Below are positions 59,901 to 64,000 of a stretch of 64,000 bases of DNA, one piece after another. The stretch is from Macrostomum lignano (lineage: Eukaryota), in the NCBI GenBank assembly GCA_002269645.1, contig NIVC01002146.1, positions 62,001 through 126,000 on the forward strand, in the 5' to 3' direction. The notes beneath the pieces were generated by a model. It searched no databases. It worked only from the letters and a program-made list of their open reading frames with translations, and was not told the origin of the DNA. The translations under genes and the position numbers were made by a program. How positions within the stretch are numbered: the first letter of the stretch is position 1; each line of letters starts with the position of its first letter.

Positions 59901-62367
59901 GGGCAATGGAGCGGATGAGCAGGGCGGATGGAGCGGGTGAGCAGGGCTGGACACAGGGCGGATGCATGTAGCGGATGAGCGATGCCGCACCTGCACGGGG
60001 TTCTTGGCCACCAGGACACCGCGCTCCAGCAGGGTGCTCATCTTGCCGGCTGACAGCGAGCGTCGATGCGTCGTGGGCGTCGGGGCCGCAGCAGCCGCCG
60101 AGTCCGAGCCCTCCTGCGCGGGCACCAGGCCGATGCTGACCTCGTGGTCCAAATACTCCCAGCCGTTGTGGACGCCGACCTTCAGGCGACGCTCGGAGAT
60201 CTCCAGTGGCCGGCAGGAGGGATCCAGGACTCGCCGATCGTCGGTGAGAAGCCGCTTGAGCTCCTCCTCAAATGACAGCAGCGAGGGCGATACTGTGATG
60301 ACCAGGTTTTCGAAGGTGTACTTCTGGCGCGGAGCCAGCTGCGGCTTGCGCAAGGGCTCTGTTGATGGGGTAAGGTAGCAGAGGTGCACTGGGATTGAGC
60401 CAATTTGCAAAGATTCTTCCATAAACAGTACAGGGTATTGTCTGAGATGTAATAATTAAACCATAGTCAACGAAACGGGACTCACCAGCCCCGGGCACGA
60501 GTCCAGGTACGGGTTCGCGTCCGCCAACGATGGCGTTCTCCGGGAACGCGTCGGTGCAGGCCTCCAGAGAGGGGTGCCGGAACAGCTGGTAGCTCACGGA
60601 GCCAACAATGCGGCACTGGCCCAGACCTGAGGATCGGATGAGCTGCGATTGCACCGCCCCTCCGACGCCAACCGCCCCCCCCCCCGACACCAATCCGCCC
60701 CTCCGACACCAATCCGCCCCCGACAGCAATCCGCCCTTCCAACACCAATCCGCCACGCTTCGACGCCAATCCCCCCCCCGACACCCAATCCGCCCCCCGA
60801 CACCAATCCTCCCCTCCGACGCTAATCCGTCCCTCCCCCGACACCAAGCTGCTCCTACCCCGATAATAATCCGCCCCTCCGACGCCAAACCGCCAATCCA
60901 ACACCAATCAGCCTCTCCCCCGACACCAAACCGCCAATCCAACACCAATCAGCCTCTCCCCCGACACCAATCCACCTGACACCAATCCGCCCCACCGACA
61001 CCAATCCGCCCCACCGACACCAATCCGCCCCACCGACACCAATCCGCCCCACCGACACCAATCCGCCCCTCCGACACCAATCCGCCCCTCTGACGCCAAT
61101 CCGCCCCTTTGACGCCAATCCGCCCCTCCGACACCAATCCGCCCCTCCGACACCAATCCGCCCCTTACCGTCCTCCTTCATGCTAACAAAGCTACGACAG
61201 GAGCCTGCATACAGGCCGGCCTCCGTGGGCGTCACCGCCTGCTGCTGCACCTTCTTCCTGAAGTCCGGGAGCTGCCTGTACAGAGCCGCCGAAAACACTT
61301 TCAGCTGGCACCAGCCGCAGGAGAATCGACTTCCGGGTGCCATGTGTCCTACAACCTCCAGCAGCAGGCAGCCTGACTCATTGTTGGCCACCAGAGGCGA
61401 CATGAAATACACGCTCTCGGGATATGCCAGTTTCAACTGGCTGCCATCCAGTGTGCCGTCCAGGGTCGGACCAGACCAGGCCCGGCCGAAGAATCTCTGG
61501 TTGTAGCTGTCGTACATGAACAGGTTTGCCTGGCATTTCAACTGCCTCGCGCCCGCAATCTGAGCAGCATTAAAATAAAAGAATAATTTAGAAAAGGATG
61601 CTATACTAACAAAAAACTTGACTTAAGAATGTTTCTAAACAATAAATTGTACATTCTTCCTGAAAATGTCATATTATATCCAGCATTATAAAATTATTGC
61701 ATTGAGTCTCGCTATATTATAATATTTCATGTTCCCATTCTCATTATAAATCCATGCTAATATTCTAGTTGTGAATGTTATAAGTAACAATTAAGTACTC
61801 ATACTTTTTTTCTGTAAATTTTTTTAAATTCCATTATAATGCTCATGAGTTTTGCTTATTATGTGGTGTGGTGAATATTAGAAAAAACTACTGGTGCATC
61901 AGATGGATAATGCTTGTTCTTATGATATTTCTGATAGTTTCCGGCGAATATATTTTGTTTTTTGGCATGATTTCGACAAAAGACTGCTTTTGTGTTAGTC
62001 TTATTTGTCTTTTATGCATTATTTTGTATTTTGTCGAATTATTTTATTATTATTTGTATTTATTTACTAATAGTATTTACTAAAAAGTAAAAATGATAGA
62101 AAATAGAATTTGTGGTCTTAAAGGAAGACTTAAAATATTTTGCATAGAAATTTCAGTAAAAATCAATTTAAAACATTTTCGTAAACTAAAATCAGACACA
62201 CTCTCTTTGTATTCACTCACCTTAGCCTTTACTGCATCATTTAAAGTTACTTTAATGTTTTGAAATCGAATAGCGTAACCTCGAAGATTCTGATTATCTT
62301 GCGCAATATTTTGTTCACTTGGGGGGACATTATAGTTGAGTTTTACTATATCTTCCCACTTCGTCAT
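53954..62367 (-). CDS. NPHP4: Nephrocystin-4 (ciliary transition-zone protein), 10 exons, 1413 aa
   Basis: Exons 62221-62367, 61169-61559, 60486-60626, 59991-60358, 58429-59068, 57515-58185, 57093-57348, 55945-56600, 55288-55659, 53954-54553; 4242 nt total, phases consistent. Motifs YNQRFFGRAW, SCGW, ERRLKVGVHNG, FQFYRFP, FGCTEFFEF, YTNEY and NEETVLFRVTY are collinear with NPHP4 as I recall it. Confidence 0.92.
54648..55260. repeat. Minisatellite, 29-bp unit, ~21 copies (NPHP4 last intron)
   Basis: gcatcaaagaatcacaagggacagtcggt. Confidence 0.95.
56695..57055. repeat. Perfect 13-bp tandem repeat x ~27, CpG-dense
   Basis: gttgctatgacgc; each junction forms acgcgt. Confidence 0.96.
58288..58358. 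repeat. 22-bp tandem repeat x ~3
   Basis: caggtgacagactgccagccat. Confidence 0.85.
59100..59965. repeat. Minisatellite, ~22-bp unit (NPHP4 intron)
   Basis: gagcgggtgagcagggcggatg variants. Confidence 0.95.
60655..61165. repeat. Minisatellite, ~20-bp unit (NPHP4 intron)
   Basis: ccgacaccaatccgcccct variants. Confidence 0.9.
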
Positions 62368-63164
62368 TTTGATGCCGTTTTTGGCGCTTCTCAACTGTGA
62401 TTTTCGCGCCAAGTAGCATCGCCAAAATGCTATCCCGTAACAAATTTAAATTCTTGGATTCCAGTATAAATATTGACTTAATAAAACAAAAAATATCTTT
62501 GTGAAATTTTAGCGCATGATTCTTTAGAAAGGCGCTAATCTTATTAGTAGCATTTATATTCTACGTTTTAATTTTAATTCTAGTATTTAAAATTTAGACG
62601 TAATTTGGACTTTTCGTAAAGAATAGTATATAGTTAAGCACCAAAATTAACTTTCAGGACCACCTAAAATCTGATTATACCTAAATAGTATTAGTAGGTA
62701 GCCACCTGAAATATTAGCTAAATGCATTATTCGGGTATTTATGGTCGAAAGCAGCTCAATTAAGTTTTTCTAATATAGGCCTGATTTAGAATTGCAGATT
62801 TATGTGCAAATTTTACTTCTACACGTATTTATTTAAATGAAAGAGACTTTTTGCGCAAGGTGGTGCGGTCAGGTTTTCTGAAAGAATTTTGAATTTCAAT
62901 AGGGAATCAGACACTATGTTCACCCTTAGCTGCGCCAACGGTTGAGAGATCTAAAGTACATGTAAAGATATTTACATGCAGATCGGAAGTTGAGGTTGCA
63001 AATTTTTCTGAAAACATCCTCTTTTTGGTGTACCATTTTGATCTTTGAGAGCATTATTTGTAGTATATAAACTTTCAGATTTAGTCTTAGCCTGTACTTG
63101 CTAATAATGTATTGTATATTTTTAATTTTTGAAATTGTGCAGTTTACTCGTACTTGGATTGTAC

Positions 63165-64000
63165 AGTAGCATGCAATGGTGGGCTCAGCACGCCTGTGTA
63201 GTATGAGACAGACCAGGCTTACGAGCTAAGGTCTGCGATCCTACAAACTTGCACTCCCTCTATTCTGGTGCAGGAATGGCAGGAGAGCTCTCTCCAAGCT
63301 GACTCACAAGCCGACCCGGGGTTCACGTCCCGCATGTGTTCAAAGCAGCTCTTGGGCTGCTGGACTTATCGGGCTCCGGCGGCGGCAACCCATCCGTGGC
63401 CAGCTGGCCAATTTGGGTAGCTACAGGCCCCGCCCGGAAGTGAACCTGTGCGTATCAGGTACCCCTGGCCACGGCTCTGAGGAACAGGTATCACCCGCTG
63501 ACCTTAACCGGGTATGCTGCCAGTCCGCAGCCATCCCCGGTCGCTACCTCTTGGCCTGGCAGTGTTGGGTTTGGGGTTACGGCCCAGCGGCTTCTCACCT
63601 CTAGTCCCCATTCGCCTTTTACCGACGCATGGAGTATTTATTTACCTCCGACATGTCCAAGGCTGCTGGAGCACCAACCGAGGTTGGTACCGCGGTCCAG
63701 CCAGACATTCGCAACACCGGAACCCCCGGTGCCTCTCAGTCAGCCCCTGTCGCCGCTCAGGACAATGCCTGAGTGGCTGGACAACAGGACAGCGGACCTC
63801 AGACTTCTAAAAAGAAGGCCCGTAGCATTGCTCGCTACAAAGCCTTTCTCCAGCGCAAAGCGGAGGAACGGAGGAGCGCGAAAGCTGCCCCTCCAGCCGC
63901 CTCCGAGGAGGGTGCCGGTAACTCTGCAAATCCCGCGGTGGAGCCGACATCCGACAAGGGGGTGGACCTCGCGCGCCGGTCAGAAGCTATGGCCAAGAGG
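63165..64000 (+). mobile_element. Possible 5' UTR plus ORF1 start of a non-LTR retrotransposon (truncated by the window end)
   Basis: Abrupt AT-rich to GC-rich switch near 63165. The frame from ATG 63629/63653 (MSKAAGAPTEV...SKKKARSIARYKAFLQRKAEERR...) runs to the window end with a single TGA at 63770-63772. No diagnostic domain is visible. Confidence 0.3.

Noticed and set aside
58355-60422. 554-587-aa ORFs spanning CPAHPLH repeats
   Set aside because: They are read-through of NPHP4 exons into an intronic 22-bp array.
63340-63610. HDV-like ribozyme in the putative LINE leader
   Set aside because: GGCAAC and P1-like stems are present, but I could not find consistent P2/P3 pairing.

Overview
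Eukaryotic (animal) genomic DNA. GC-rich exons, poly-Ala/Gln tracts and minisatellite-filled introns suggest a flatworm such as Macrostomum; this is inference, not a database match. Host genes rebuilt by hand from phase-consistent GT..AG junctions: an intronless CHP-like EF-hand gene (+), a degraded GPCR-like sequence (-), a SNX9/18/33-family sorting nexin (-, 6552-28047, with a 16-kb intron), an intronless divergent alpha-tubulin (+), a TYSND1-like peroxisomal protease (-), an NK4/tinman-class homeobox gene (-) and a complete NPHP4 (-). About 30 unrelated tandem arrays produce most of the long ORFs in the supplied track, and these are rejected as artefacts. The standout is a 5157-bp piggyBac-type element (18003-23159, TTAA on both sides) inside the sorting nexin intron. 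It has an intact 588-aa transposase, unusually long inverted arms (about 1.17 and 1.5 kb), and a 28-bp end asymmetry. It also carries a second, divergently transcribed spliced gene whose last exon lies inside the inverted arm, and an exact 12 x 84-bp TTAA-bounded array abuts its left target site.
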